A stretch of 64,000 bases of DNA from Laetmonice hystrix (GCA_965235115.1 OZ249436.1:13640001-13704000), one strand, 5' to 3'. Counted from the first letter of the stretch, positions 28,227-42,895 are shown. Numbers and translations are program-made. Notes: generated by a model not told the origin, from the letters alone.

Positions 28227-31200
28227 CGCGGGCGGTTCGCCTCATACCGAGAGATGGTGTACGGACGTCAGAGAGATCACGGTGTGCGAACACGGCCAGG
28301 AAATGCCAGCCACAACCACCGCAGACAGCTGACATATGGCCTGGCCATTCACACGTTCATGGGTTTGAATCCCTCCACAGTAAGGAGCGTGTAAGGTACG
28401 GATAATCTATTCAACCACGAACCAAGGTATACTCCACCCTCGAGACAAACAAAACCGACACCACACCTGTACTGTACCACCTGTTCGTGCGAAAACTACA
28501 ACGCAGTTTCATCAGCCATATTGTACATGTATATCCCAGTGCAAGACGATTCCAGTTTTAAGGTCCTTGCCGAAAAAAGACGACATGAGGCTGACAAACG
28601 CTACCATCGCAACGCAAGCGAGGCAGAAAGAAGGGTGATTGACCCGTGAAATATAAATGGATGGCGCGTGGCATTAAGCGGTAGTATCACGTAGATAGGT
28701 CAACGGAACGCTGCCGTCTGGATGAAATATCACCGTACGGGTGACGGGTTACGTCAAACCACGCTCGCCCTGCCTGGGTCGGCAGACCGCTAAAACATGG
28801 CTTCAACCAGACCGAGTCACGGACCGTCCAAAATCTTACTCACCATTACTCAACATCTGTAGATGTACCAATCAACGTGCGATTCGGCGTCAATAAAATG
28901 CTCTATGAAGACACCTAGCCGTTCGGTTTCCGTGAGTGTATTAAATTGCTGCTCACGCATGTTGATGGAATCTGCTCTTTATGGCTTCGTTGTTGTCAAT
29001 AAAAGGCACAAAGTTTGACGAAAAAAAGACTTATGGACCTCAATGTAGCATGCGTTTGGGATGCACTGCCTAACCTAATGCCTCGCTAATCGAGCATGTT
29101 ACGCTTGATGTGAGGAAATAAAATACTCTTAGTAAAAATGATCTCAACGCACCGATCCACAACTTTTATTCCAGCAAGAATTGGAAAGAGGCCAAAGAAC
29201 TAAAACTGCATGGAAGATTTTATTAACGTGTTCGCACGCACCCGGCTGCCTAAATCTGGCATCATGTCATTCCATTAGGACCTCCTCGACAGGAACCGTG
29301 ATCAGAAGAGACATGGAATGCATATCACGGCCAGAGATAATTAGGCAGTCAGATTTTGTTACAAAAGGTCTGATTGTAAGTGACCAGCACTAAGTCTCAG
29401 GTTACAATGCTTACTTGGGGCAGTGAGAGTTACTATTCCTGTGTCGGGTGGTCAGGGCGGAGCTGGATTGGGTCGCACATTGAATCCGACCCTTGGAACC
29501 GAGTGCAGGAATCGAGTCTTGACGACACATGAGGGAAACTAGGATTATACTTTCACTGACAGCACCCCCGGAACAGGAAACCACCACGAAAAAAACCCTA
29601 TGATCTCTAAAAGTCTCACATGTCATTTTATAATCAGTTTAATATTCTAAATCGTTCGATACTCTTTAGAAGGAGTCCACAAAGAAACAAACCTCAGAGG
29701 GAAACCGGAAGTGATATCAAAATATACGGGCAGAGATGGGCAGTACTGAAAGAAAACTCTTTAGACAAAATTCCCACTAAATGAAATTATAATTTTAGCT
29801 GAAAATCATTTTGAGAATTAGACCTGATTACAGGGGCCGGCGTGGTGACGACTTAACTGGTTTGGTCCGTTCATACCAACTACCAGCTCGAGAAGCAATC
29901 AATCAAGATCTCAGAATGGAGTCGACCCCGAGTAATGTTGATAAAGATGATATGAATGAATAAGGCTTTATTGAACTTCACTGGTTACCTCAAATATTTT
30001 GTTCAAAGCGGCACAAATAAGCAATAAAACAATAGTGACAGTAATATATAAATGATATGTACAAAATATATAGTAGGACTAGACACTTCTACCCGATCTA
30101 AGGCGAGTACATGGTGTCAGTCTGTGGATTAAGTTTTGATTTATAGATTTCCCCTAATTTTGGTGACGCTCTTCAGGTACGTACAGTATCTGTATTAATT
30201 CTATATGTTTTCGGAGAGTGCGATATGTAATCATGGCTCTCTGAGGCAATATTAGGCCGTTATGGGTACTAAATTGCCAAGTAGCATCTACCGTACTGGA
30301 ATTTGGGCACTAAATACTAAACTTTGAGCGTCAATCACCAATCCGTGTGAATTGATTAGAACATAGGTCCATCAAACAGCTGTTGGTGTGAATCGTTCTG
30401 CGAGAATTTACTGAGTTATGTGCCATGTCTCCCCAATGTGCTGGTGAAAGATGGGAGAAAAAAACGCCATTAAACGAGAGACATTTCCACCCTTGTAGAT
30501 AATGAATCAATGTGTCTCGGCTTATCAGCGTCCAGATGTTGGATGACAAACACACTAAGCCAACGCTTTCATTAAGCCTTCACTGAAAGCAAGGTTCCTA
30601 CGATCTCCCCTGGTGGGTCGGTTCTTCTTCTTATGGCCCTCTTTGACAGCCTCCATCGAGAGCAGCACACTGCTGCCCAAATGGGCACGCCTTGAAAGTG
30701 CGAATAGTGGTACCGTGCCAGACGTCTTTGTGAGAACGACAGTCCTGCCGACTTAAAAAGCGTCGGGGTTTTATCCCTCTGTACAGGCAGCTTAGGGTTG
30801 CTTCGACATCGCAGGACCGCAGTAAATCAAGACCTTCAGATGGTATATCTGAACACTGTGAGACCTGATTAAAACCCTCCCTACCACAGAGGTTGCATAT
30901 GTTCGGGACGATGGAATCGATTCAAGTGGCATACAAACAAATGGCCGGATACTCCGGCACTATTGAAACCCTAGTGACCTATAGTTAAAGGACATAATTA
31001 TTAATGTATACCCGTCCTATACGTACATTATTATATCAAAATATAGAGCGGGCTGGTTTCCACCATAGGCGTTCAAATGACAGAGTAGAAACGAGCAGAT
31101 GCCGGTCATTATAGAAATATAATTGTACAAATATGAAGAACTGGTCATGAGCACGGGAGTGCGACATTCCTATTACCATACGTGTACCGTGTAGAGGTAG

Positions 31201-32324
31201 GCGTGCGACTGTTTAAAGAACATGCCCCAAGCATTCCGTTTCAACCCAATTCTTGCAGCGTGAGTTTGGTTTCCAGCTGGCCTGCTATATAAATTAGATT
31301 TTTTTTATCTCTCTCAATTTCCCGGCTGCAACTAATAGTCGAATGCTTTTCACTTTGCCACCGAATGGGTGCGGGCTACATGACTGATGTATATGACTTA
31401 GGACGTATATGATTTAATAGTTTGGATTTCAACGATGGGTTGACAATTTACCAGCATCCCAGACTTTAATGATGAGTTCATTCAGTCTTATAATTAGTTT
31501 GTGCAGTAATAATGATCTGGTGAGGATAACGGCCAATAAACGTGAAAATACGCTTGACTTCAGGCGGCAGTAATGTAGCCCTTTTTCACATAAATGGACC
31601 GTCGAGTGTATAAGGGTCAAGGTAATTTATTAAAGGATCAGCCTATACGATGTCATAGTGGCCACTTCATGGATTGTTTCTATTACAGTATGGGCCTATG
31701 TGGCGCTTCTCTCTAAAACAAAACCTTCATGTTGGGCGAGCTGCATTAGTAATTTCCTGTCCAAAGTTTGCCAAGGACGTGTCACCCATGACCTTCCTGC
31801 TGGCTTTTCACTTCTTTAGGTCCCTGTTTGCAAAATGTGTCACCCACACGCCCACCGGCCAATATCATCGCCCTGGTAATCTCCTTCAAATTAGAATTGT
31901 TTTGTGTCATTTTTCTAGACGCTGACTGAATTGGTGTGCATGTCACCTTCCATTGTGCCACCAAGTGGCTCCAGACGACTCTGTACGGAATGTAATCCCT
32001 CCTTTTATTGGTGCCGTGACCAGTAAGTGGAGCCTGGCCGTATCATGTGCGGATTACTGTCCAGCGCCGCTCGTGAGTGGTGCAGGTTGTGATCCCTTCA
32101 GTCAGCATCGTTCTATACAGTCCTCACGAAAGGCATCGATTGACCGCCACTGAGCCGACTTCTATTAAAGCCATGTCAGCGTACGACAAGTTCAAATGAG
32201 AGGGTAAAGAAGTGTGCGCATATCAAAGGGCATTTTCCGGGGTATTCATTCATATATCGGCCCTTGTAGATATATGCTAATGGTCAGTATGGATCTAGTG
32301 AACTATACGTAGTTATATTCTAAA

Positions 32325-33452
32325 CATAGAGAGTGAACGTACTCCTGTCACTAAACACATCCATAGAGAGTGAACGTGCTCCTCTCACTAAACACATCCA
32401 TAGAGAGTGAACGTGCTCCTCTCACTAAACACATCCATAGAGAGTGAACTTGCTCCTCTCACTAAATACATCCATAGAGAGTGAACTTGGTCCTCTCACT
32501 AAATACATGTACATCCATAGAGAGTGAACTTGCCCCTCTCACTAAATACATCCATAGAGAGTGAACTTGTTCCTCCCACTAAATACATCCATAGAGAGTG
32601 AACTTGGTCCTCTCACTAAATACATGTACATCCATAGAGAGTGAACTTGCCCCTCTCACTAAATACATCCATAGAGAGTGAACTTGTTCCTCCCACTAAA
32701 TACATCCATAGAGAGTGAACTTGGTCCTCTCACTAAATACATGTACATCCATAGACAGTGAACTTGCCCCTCTCACTAAATACATCCATAGAGAGTGAAC
32801 TTGCTCCTCTCACTAAATACATCCATAGACAGTGAACTTGCTCCTCCTACTAAATACATCCATAGAGAGTGAACTTGGTCCTCTCACTAAATACATGTAC
32901 ATCCATAGACAGTGAACTTGCCCCTCTCACTAAATACATCCATAGAGAGTGAACTTGCTCCTCTCACTAAATACATCCATAGACAGTGAACTTGCTCCTC
33001 CTACTAAATACATCCATAGAGAGTGAACTTGCTCCTCTCACTAAATACATCCATAGAGAGTGAACTTGTTCCTCCCACTAAACACATCCATAGACAGTGA
33101 ACTTGCTCCTCCTACTAAATACATCCATAGAGAGTGAACTTGCTTCTCTGACTAAATACATCCATAGAGAGTGAACTTGCTTCTCTCACTAAATACATCC
33201 ATAGAGAGTGAACTTGGTCCTCTCACTAAATACATCCATAGAGAGTGAACATGCTTCTCTCACTAAATACATCCATAGAGAGTGAACTTGCTTCTCTCAC
33301 TAAATACATCCATAGAGAGTGAACATGCTTCTCTCACTAAATACATCCATAGAGAGTGAACTTGCTTCTCTCACTAAATACATCCATAGAGAGTGAACTT
33401 GCTCCTCCCACTAAACACATCCATATATAGAGAGTGAACTTGCTCCTCTCAC
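32325..33452. repeat. Minisatellite with 37-nt unit (43-nt variant with catgta insertion), about 29 copies
   Basis: Unit catccatagagagtgaacttgctcctctcactaaata. Confidence 0.96.
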
Positions 33453-35624
33453 ATGGTAGGCCTCTGTTTCGGTTTGCAAAATAATATGGTTAAAGCTTAT
33501 AGGGAAGCCATAACTACCAGGAATTTAACAAAAGAATGTGACTTAACATTGATGTAAGAAGATATATATTCATACCAACAATAATCTTAAAGTAAATCGG
33601 CTCGGAACCAAGTCGGCGTTCTCTCAGACAGTTAACAAACAACGCAAGAAAAACGGAGCATAACTCGCGTATCTGACGTGATCATTACGTTATCTATTCG
33701 GATAATTTAATTGGAAGCGGAAGCGTCAATATCTTTTATGTCCAAACCAACCATTTGACTTATCCCATCACTATTAATGACGGTAATATAGTATTAACCA
33801 GTTCATGAAGTGTTGCGAACGTGGAACTAGTCACTGAGGTCTTGGTTCAGAGCCACGTTATCCGAAATCCGCGATATCGAAATCTAAAATCCCATTCCCC
33901 TGACTGCGCTTTCCTCTATTGATTGAAGTAATAAGGAGATCTTTATGTCTGGGCCGTGTAGTCCCGGTAGGGTTTTAAAGATCGAGTTAGTCATCAGTTA
34001 GCAAGAGAGGTCCTCTACAGGAAGCAACAATCGACGGAAATTTCTCTCCGAGATACATTGGTGCGGTTTCGGGAAGAGGAAAGAATCCAAGAACTGATTA
34101 ATACGGAATAGGCGACTCCGTGTGCCGTTCTGATCCTGTCGAGCCATCTTGTGTAAGTCAGTCAATGGTTGTATAGAAAAACTTAACGTGTAGGGTCTGT
34201 GTGAGTTCTCCGTGATTCAGGGGCCAACGCTGGGCGCCATTTAACATCAGTTGGTTGACATATGTCAATACTCAATCGGTATACATAGAGGATGCTGTGA
34301 ATGTAAATAGGGCGCCGGGAGCCGCAACCAAAAGTTAGCGTCGTGTATACAGGGGCTGTATCTATAGGGTCTTCTCTAGGGGACAAATCCTACCGGATCG
34401 GGCAATCACACTCCACCACCACTTTGCCTATTTTCCGGTACTTTCTATAATAAATGCAATGCATTTCGTTGGGACGTATCATGTTTAACTTTTCTTTAAT
34501 CGGTATGTTTGCCAAGGTACGACAGGCTCACTGATCCGACGGATTACATCGTCCGGTTCTCATCACCACTCCGTCGTTGTTTGGCTATTCATGGTCATCG
34601 AAAAGTTCACGTGACATCGGTACAACCCATTCCTCACAGTGGTAATTGATGTATAAACCTTACGCAGTAAGGAGGAACTTGTGGCATCAAAGGAGGTTCT
34701 GTCAGAATCGTCATGGTCTTGATAGAAAACTAGTAGTTAATGTATGATGATTACATTGTCCCAGTTTAGACCTCTCGTTAGACAGTCTGCCGGCAATAAT
34801 TTTGAGAGGTCAAAACGAAAGAAGATCAGAAATCAACGGTATGGTGTCGAAATTTAGTAAAGCAAGTACAATGTATAACTTGACTGATTCGAAGACTGGG
34901 GGTTCACATTAGCCCCGGTAACCCCCAACTAATTGCAGCTTGTCATAGCTGAGGGTTTGTGTGTGTGTGGTGTTGAGGGTGGTCGTGGTGGTGAGGAGAG
35001 GGAGGGTGTTGTGCAGTGTGGAAGCCGTGAGCAGTATATGTATAGGGGCGTTGTTTAGGCCGTCTACCTCCAGCCTCGACTGCCGGGCAGCGAGCGGGGG
35101 AGGCCCCGACACCGTCGTTTCCTGGCAGAGAATAAATAAACATCAGCGACTTTTCCTCCCCCACCCAGGTTTGTTATGTTTGACTTCTCTTGGCCAGGTA
35201 TCTTCCTCCAACACATACCTTGTGTATATCGACGTCTGGCAGTGTGTACTGTCATTACAGTTTACCGCACTCTGCCTTGCCTCATCCTTAAGGTTCCCCA
35301 GACAGGATACAGATGCAAGAAACAGTGTCATCACTTATGCACCCTGGACAAGCGGCCGACCTTCATCCAGGGGCGTGCGGTTCCATCCGCAAATAGTGAC
35401 GCTCTTTCCTGTACCAATACTGACTATACTCTATCCGATAATAGGGTCATTTTTGAAAGAGAGTCATTTTGAAAGAGAACTAGTTTAATATATCTGGGAC
35501 ACTGTTTGCAGTGGACACAACAGCCAAGGCTATGAACGAAACACGGTTTCCCGTGTTGTTTTTTGTATTTTGTTGATCCTGTGGTGTTGCTCCAGTCAGT
35601 CCAGTTTTGATTGTCTCTAGTCAA

Positions 35625-35923
35625 TGAACAGATACGGGCAGACAAGTATCCTGTCGTTCTCATAGGCCCTTTGCCGGTGTTGTCGATATAGCGTGCTGTA
35701 ACCGTCAGTATAACATTAGTACAGACAGATACGGACAGACAGGTTTATATCCTGTCGTTCTCATAGGCCCTTTGCCGGTGTTGTCGATATAGCGTACTGC
35801 AACCGTCAGTATAACATTAGTACAGACAGATACGGACAGACAGGTTTATATCCTGTCGTTCTCATAGGCCCTTTGACAGTGTTGTCGATATAGCGTACTG
35901 TAACCGTCAGTATAACATTAGTA
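35625..35923. repeat. Tandem repeat with 101-nt unit, about 3 copies
   Basis: tatcctgtcgttctcataggcc... recurs at 35647, 35748 and 35849. Confidence 0.9.
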
Positions 35924-37437
35924 ATCGGTCTCGAGCCACATTTTGACAAAGTCTGTGTAGCCATATCTACAAGAAGTACAAATCTCAGTTAAGTGCTCTC
36001 CAAAGTGGTCCATGATTAGTGTGTAATAGGCCCACCATTGGCGGCGCCTGCCTGGAATCGTAGAGCCGGGCAGAGAGTCTACTTAAACTGGGCCGTATCC
36101 CCCACCGCCCACTGTCTCCTCACTAATCCAATTGGCTGCGGGACTGGGCGAGTGGCGAGTCGGGTCCTTGTGGCACTCTGTGAGAGCGTCAAGGGAGCCG
36201 AATCGTTTGGTCAAACAGAGGTTATCAGCACAGAAGATGTTGGCCATCCTGTCTCGTGCCCCGGGTTAATTGCATGCTCTGACATACAACTGTGAATGCC
36301 ATCCAACACTTTTGCAAGGTGTCTGCTGCCTGTCGGAACCGTCAATGTCAAAAGTCTGACACATGGGGAAGGGCTGCGGGAGATTTATGTTGGGGGATGG
36401 GAGGGTATAAAGGGGGGGGGGTATGTTTATGTGGGATTGGAAACAGTCTTCCTTCAATCTTGAAGGATCTTTGAGGTAGAATAATAATGACAGCGTTATC
36501 TTAGCTGTGACATTGAACCCTCTCCATCCCAGAATGGTGATTACACTAAGCAGACCGAGTGTATGCCTGTACTGTGGTTTCACTTCGCTCGAATAATGAA
36601 CACTGCCATATCTGTACTAATACCGACTCTTTGTAAGAACAAGACTTTTTTTAAAATTTGCGTAGCCATGCTAATTCTTCAGAAGATAATTCTCATTGAG
36701 AATCGGCATAGAAATGTGTGAATTGAAATAGAGATGTGTGTATGTATGGAAATGAATGTTCCTCCACGTTTATCCTCGACGTGATGAAATTCAGACAAAT
36801 CCAACTTGACATAATCAAGATATTAAGAGCAAAGATCCTGCAAGTCACATTTAGGTTATTTAACTTACATGTCTTTCTACTTGTGGCCGTGGCTGGGCGT
36901 GATTTAGAGGATGTTCCGAGCTCGGCACCAAATGCAGCATGGCACGGTTCATTATGACATCTCCCGGCCCTTTCAAACGACATAACGACATCGGTTAAAG
37001 GTGCCCGCTTGTTGTGCGCTGGCTGCAGTTACTTGTCATTTGTCACGGCACGGGCATACAGACAGAACTTGCCGAGTTCACGGTGGTGAGAGGCTACCTT
37101 CACACAACCAGCGACGTGCGCGCAGTCGGGACGTGATTTGGCAGTCTGATTGGCGACCAGAGCGGTTGGCTACCTAACATCGTTAGTCCATCATTGTAAT
37201 CATGGGCTTGGATTTCCTCCCTCAAGTCCTTGGTTAACCTACTCATAAAAAAGGCCCGGCCAGGAGAAGTCGCCCCCCCCACACACACACACACAGAGTG
37301 CGTAATTACAAGAGGCGCCAGCATTTAGACGGCAATGGAAAGAAATTCAAGAAGACATAAAAAGTTTAAATCCTCTCTTACATGAATTGCTCGGGCTTGA
37401 AGTATGTATGACCATTAAACCGATTTGATTGCGAAGG

Positions 37438-38108
37438 ACAGTCCATAAAGCGTTAATATCCTAGCATTGGTGACCTATCGTCTAACTTCTGATACAGTCC
37501 ATAAAGCGTTAATATCCTGGCATTGGTAACCTATCGTCTAACTTCTGATACAGTCCATAAAGCGTTAATATCCTAGCATTGGTAACCTATCATCTAACTT
37601 CTAATACAGTCCATAAAGCGTTAATATCCTAGCATTGGTAACCTATCATCTAACTTCTGATACAGTCCATAAAGCGTTATTATCCTAGCATTGGTAACCT
37701 ATCATCTAACTTCTGATACAGTCCATAAAGCGTTAATTTCCTAGCATTGGTGACCTATCATCTAACTTCTGATACAGTCCATAAAGCGTTAATATCCTAG
37801 CATTGGTGACCTATCGTCTAACTTCTGATACAGTCCATAAAGCGTTATTATCCTAGCATTGGTAACCTATCGTCTAACTTCTGATACAGTCCATAAAGCG
37901 TTATTATCCTAGCATTGGTAACCTATCGTCTAACTTCTGATACAGTCCATAAAGCGTTATTATCCTAGCATTGGTAACCTATCGTCTAACTTCTGATACA
38001 GTCCATAAAGCGTTATTATCCTAGCATTGGAGACCTATCGTCTAACTTCTGATACAGTCCATAAAGCGTTTTTATCCTAGCATTGGATACCTATCGTCTA
38101 ACTTCTGA
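37438..38108. repeat. Minisatellite with 56-nt unit, 12 copies
   Basis: Unit acagtccataaagcgttaatatcctagcattggtaacctatcgtctaacttctgat. Confidence 0.96.
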
Positions 38109-38901
38109 CGAAGATGAAGATGATGTATTGCAGGTGTATGAATCCTGATGTTTCATGTGAACTTGAAAATATGACGGAAGGAAGGTATTGTATGAAGACC
38201 AGATACCACGTTAATATAACCATATCGGACATCGAAACGTACTTCAAATGGCAGTCCCATATTGACGGCCACCTAACCGGCAGCAGTCGACCATTTTACC
38301 ATACTACTTCCTTGGCGTCTTTGGTAACCTAATTAAATTGTGATAAATTGATTTTGACCGGCCTACCGCCAGAGGGAATCGGTAAATAATCGACTTTTTG
38401 GAGTGTAATATCCACATCAAAGGCGCTGCCATTTTGACCAGATAAAGCACGGCAGTGAACAAACTGAATTATAACAACTGTGGGGAATGCATGAAGGTAA
38501 AATAGTCCGCTTCCTGGTGCTGCAATGAAAATGTCATTTAGCAATGTATCCGAATTGTTCTTATCCTACGGGAAGCGTACACATGTCTTTGATTTCAATA
38601 CAGTCACACGACTGGGGAATAACGGTTGACGATTGATATGAAACCAGTAGACCCTATCTGAATAATATGGAACAGTTAAACGGGGCTTAATTGAATCAAA
38701 TTGCGACCATTTCATTTGAAGCAGGGGGAAAAAGGGATTATTTTAAAACTATGAACATGCATTAAAGCAGATATTGCGAGATCGAACGTGTCATGAGTTT
38801 TCGTAGTTTTGTGATACGAAATCATAAAGAGAAGTTTAATATACCCTGCGACTTGGATTGACCTCACGAATTGCAGGTCACGGGAAAACTACCATGCAGT
38901 T

Positions 38902-39076
38902 CAGGGGCGGATCCAGGATTTTTCTTCGGAGGGGGGGGGGGGGTGTACGGGTGCATGGATGAATGGATCCATAGCTCCTGACATGGACAAGGGTCACTCG
39001 TATGGGGGGGACCAGAACCCTGATTTAGAAAAATTTCGGGGGGCGGGCCCCCTGTGCCCCCCTAAATCCGCCACTT
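38902..39076. mobile_element. MITE-like element related to 448-621 (CAGGGGCGGATCCAGG ... CCTAAATCCGCCACT)
   Basis: Same terminal motif, similar length of about 175 bp, and internal poly-G. No clear TSD. Confidence 0.65.
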
Positions 39077-40840
39077 TTCATGATACACCAAGTACACCAG
39101 ATGATGTAGGTATTCGATGTAGGTAGGACAGTTTTACTATCTTCTGTCCATGCCCAGTAGATAATACAGACATGGTTAGGGGGAAAAATTGTCATTTCTG
39201 CCAATGGACGGGAAAAACTAGGAGAAAATTGTCACGCTAAAACGCACCTAAAATGAGATCATTCACTGAGCTTTCGCATGACAAAACCCAAGCTACAAGT
39301 TATTCGTCCGGGGTAGTTTGGTACTGTTTCTCTGCCGTAATATCGAAGCCATATTCAGAGCATGCATGTCGGAGGTGATCAGAGAGAAGTACCGCAAGCT
39401 TTTCTAATGAAGAGTCTGTTCAGGCTATGGTGTCGCCTGCAGTACTGCGACTAAAACAGCGCAGGTTGCCGACTCAGTGCACGCTATGGGGGAGCGAGTA
39501 AAACCGTCAGGAACTACCCCTCGGGTGCTATTATTGTTAACGCCAGGAATCTTTCTCTTCTTGTCATGCAACTGATCAGAGTCGACGCCTCTTTAAACGA
39601 TCAGCGTTTTGATACACAGTGTTTATTGAACGTCCTAGAAGTCACGTAACGGTGACAGAAAGACAAATATTGGTGTACACTGACTGGCCGGAAGTATTGC
39701 AGCATGAGAAGATATACTACAATTCGGTGTCAGTCACCTGCTTGAAATATCTTTGTCTCTAAATCCGTTTTTAGAATTTCAAATGTTTCGCAGACTTTTA
39801 CAATTACCCTTTGCAATGTTCGAATCACTAATTTATTGAAGTCTGCTGACAGGTCGACATGACATGGTCGATTGTATGCCTACTATACGTACATTGCGAT
39901 CAAGAACTTGAATGAGGGGCGTGTTCTAATATTTTTGGCCGTTGATTGCGCACTTGGAAGTGTTCAACATTTGCAACAAAATTTTCCATTTCAATTGAAT
40001 TTCGTTTTTATTTGTTCATTAGAAAGTGCATCATATTCTAGACCGTGTAGAGCGCCCGAAACTAAATGAAGACAGGAATATTGAATTATCGGGTAACTGC
40101 CTTGGTTTGCATAACTCGGGGTTTAAGGTCTGCTGTTCGCAGTTTTTTTCACACCGCTGTCGTCATACATCCAGAGCATACAGCTCACTTATCAAAAATG
40201 CAATAACGCCGAGAAGTGCCTCATATTAGCGCAATATGGATCGTCACAATTCAGTCTGACGGCGTGTGTATTGATACTCACCTACTGAGTGAAACGAGTG
40301 TTCACTCCAAATATCCACTTACAGGGCTGCAGTCTGTCTAATATATCCGACCCTGGCTGCAGTGCTGTATGCAGTATGACATTACGTAAATTTGGTTACG
40401 TGAATATATTTAAACGACACCTATAAACTATGATTTACATTAATATGCCTTTTTCAGATGAAAAGGTATATGCATCTGTGGACACATTCCTGCTAAATAT
40501 ATAGGTTCATCTTAGCCATTAATGATACTAATTACAGTATATTAGAGCGGGCATGACGTTTGTACAAAAGATGAGTGATGTAATATATTATATTGAGACG
40601 GTCCATCTAAATGCGTCGGCCCATGTCAGTCGAGCTGCTGTTGATAAAGTAGAGACGGTTCACCCTGAGAGCAGTGGATGTATCCATACGCCGGCCGAGT
40701 CTGGCAGTGAGCAATCAGAGCTGGTAGGCAGACCGTGACTAAATAGTCCGGATAATGTTGGTAGTCGTGACCCCGTGTGAGTATAAGCCCTCGAGAGTCG
40801 TCCCCACGGCGCTTAATCTCCCGACAGACGGCTTGTCAAA

Positions 40841-41212
40841 CACAGCCCCCTCACACAGCACCCCGTCTCTACTCACACAGCCCCCCGTCTCCACTCACAC
40901 AGCCCCCCGTCTCTACTCACACAGCTCCCGTCTCTACTCACACAGACCCCCGTCTCCACTCACACAACCCCCCGTCTCCACTCACACAGCCCCGCGTCTC
41001 CACTCACACAGCTCCCCGTCTCCACTCACACAGCCTCCCGTCTCCACTCACACAGTTCCCCGTCTCCACTCACACAGCTCCCCCCCGTCTCCACTCACAC
41101 AGCCCCCGTCTCTACTCACACAGCCCCCGTCTCCACTCACACAGACCCCCGTCTCCACTCACACAACCCCCCGTCTCCACTCACACAGCCCCCCGTCTCC
41201 ACTCACACAGCT
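40841..41212. repeat. C-rich minisatellite (ccccgtctccactcacacag, about 20-23 nt), left block
   Basis: Direct reading. It produces spurious ORFs at 40755-41279. Confidence 0.92.
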
Positions 41213-41345
41213 CATGGGTGCAGTAATCTTAGGGCCTGGGTTCGATTCCTGTAGAGGACTATACAACTTTTCTCTTTAGGGACATTGTCAAAGTAATTGG
41301 GTTACCCCTGATGCCCGTGCATTTCAAAAGAAAAATACAGTCTAC

Positions 41346-41654
41346 GCCAGTGCCAGGATTACCTTAACAGTCAATATTCGGTAGAAATCATGTGTAGCTC
41401 TAACTAGGAAAATATGGATTCCGTCTCATTTCAAAAAGATGTGTGTAGGGGGGAGGGTCCATTGTCCTGCTCGACCACCAAAGCTCCTTTTTTTAGGGGA
41501 GTGGCGGTGGCCTAGTGGGCATGGATGTCGACACCTTATGCTATGCGAATGGGTGCAGTAATCTTAGGGCCTGGGTTCGATTCCTGTAGAGGACTATACA
41601 ACTTTTCTCTTTAGGGACATTGTCAAAGTAATTGGGTTACCCCTGATGCCCGTG
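41346..41654 (+). mobile_element. Dispersed repeat of about 310-350 bp with internal tRNA-type A box (TGGCCTAGTGGG, 41508-41519) and B box (GGTTCGATTCC, 41574-41584); SINE/MITE-like, copy 1
   Basis: Colinear similarity to 57131-57478 (shared gccagtgccaggatt, atggattccgtctcat, gaccaccaaag, gcgaatgggtgcagtaatctt, gggttac.cctgatgcccgtg). Its 3' part is also locally duplicated at 41214-41340. Confidence 0.65.
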
Positions 41655-41670
41655 CATTTCAAAAGAAAAA

Positions 41671-42062
41671 TACAGCCCCCCGTCTCCACTCACACAGCCC
41701 CCGTCTCCACTCACACAGCCCCCGGTCTCCCTCACCCTGTCCCCCGTCTCCCTCACACAGCCCCCGGTCTCCCTCACCCTGTCCCCCGTCTCCCTCACAC
41801 AGCCCCCGTCTCTCTCACACAACCCCCCGTCTCCCTCACACAGCTCCCCGTCTTCCTCACACAGCCCCCCGTCTCCACTCACACAGCCCCCCGTCTCCAC
41901 TCACACAGCCCCCTTCTCCTTCACACAGACCCCGTCTCCACTCACACAGCCCCCCGTCTCCACTCACACAGCCCCCGGTCTCCCTCACCCTGTCCCCCGT
42001 CTCCCTCACACAGCCCCCCCGTCTCCCTCACACAGCCCCCCGTCTCCCTCACACAGCCCCCC
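41671..42062. repeat. C-rich minisatellite of the same family, right block
   Basis: Same unit as 40841-41212. The two blocks flank the tRNA-box element. Confidence 0.92.
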
Positions 42063-42895
42063 CCTACCCGTGGTAAACAATCAGAACTCCCATGGGATGA
42101 CTGGCACCCACCTAGCCGCAGGTCTTGCCGCTAAAATTCTTACGAGTACCCGAGTACTCCACATTCTGATGCTTCGGGTACATTTTACCTAAATATGGCG
42201 GACATCTTCCAAACCAACTTAGTATTGGATTGAACTACATTTTAAAGACCAGGCTATAACTTACCCCACGTAATACAATCATATAATTCAGTTTCGTTGA
42301 TGAGATGACTATTGATGAAATTCATTTCGTGGAAGAGAGATATGCTTAATGCATGTCCGATTCGTCACGATGATGTCTCTTGTACTCTGTAATAGTTCAA
42401 TGTGGTTTTCATTCCGAATGCTGTTAGATTTGTTGATTGGTGTAGGAGAAATGTGCGTGCGGCACGATTTGGAGGAACATTTCCACAAGATGGATCTAAT
42501 TAAATAATCTGGATGGATTTCCCCGGACGGCCGGTGAAGATTTTACCCAAGCGAATTAAAATGAAAGGATTGCAGACATGGTGAGTCCAGAGCTGAGGAA
42601 TAATGTGCTCGACCTTACGGCAAATATTCCTGCAGTCTGCTACATGATTATTCACGTTGTTTGATGCCAGAAAGTGTCCATTTAGATGTGTACGAACACG
42701 TGGGCTTTCAGAGCGTCCGCCGCCGCCGTGGACCCGCTGCCGGCCACGTCGACATGGGAGTCGACGTGGCCAAGTAGTATATGAAAAGTGGCCGTCGATG
42801 CAACATTCGAAAGACTACTGCAGAACAAATAGATCTTACAATCACGGCTAAATGTGAATGTGAGAGTTAGGAGAGGAATTATATTCATGTACGGC

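Noticed and set aside
41500-41590. Possible bona fide tRNA gene
   Set aside because: A and B boxes are present, but I could not build an acceptor stem or cloverleaf, and the sequence is embedded in a diverged dispersed repeat.
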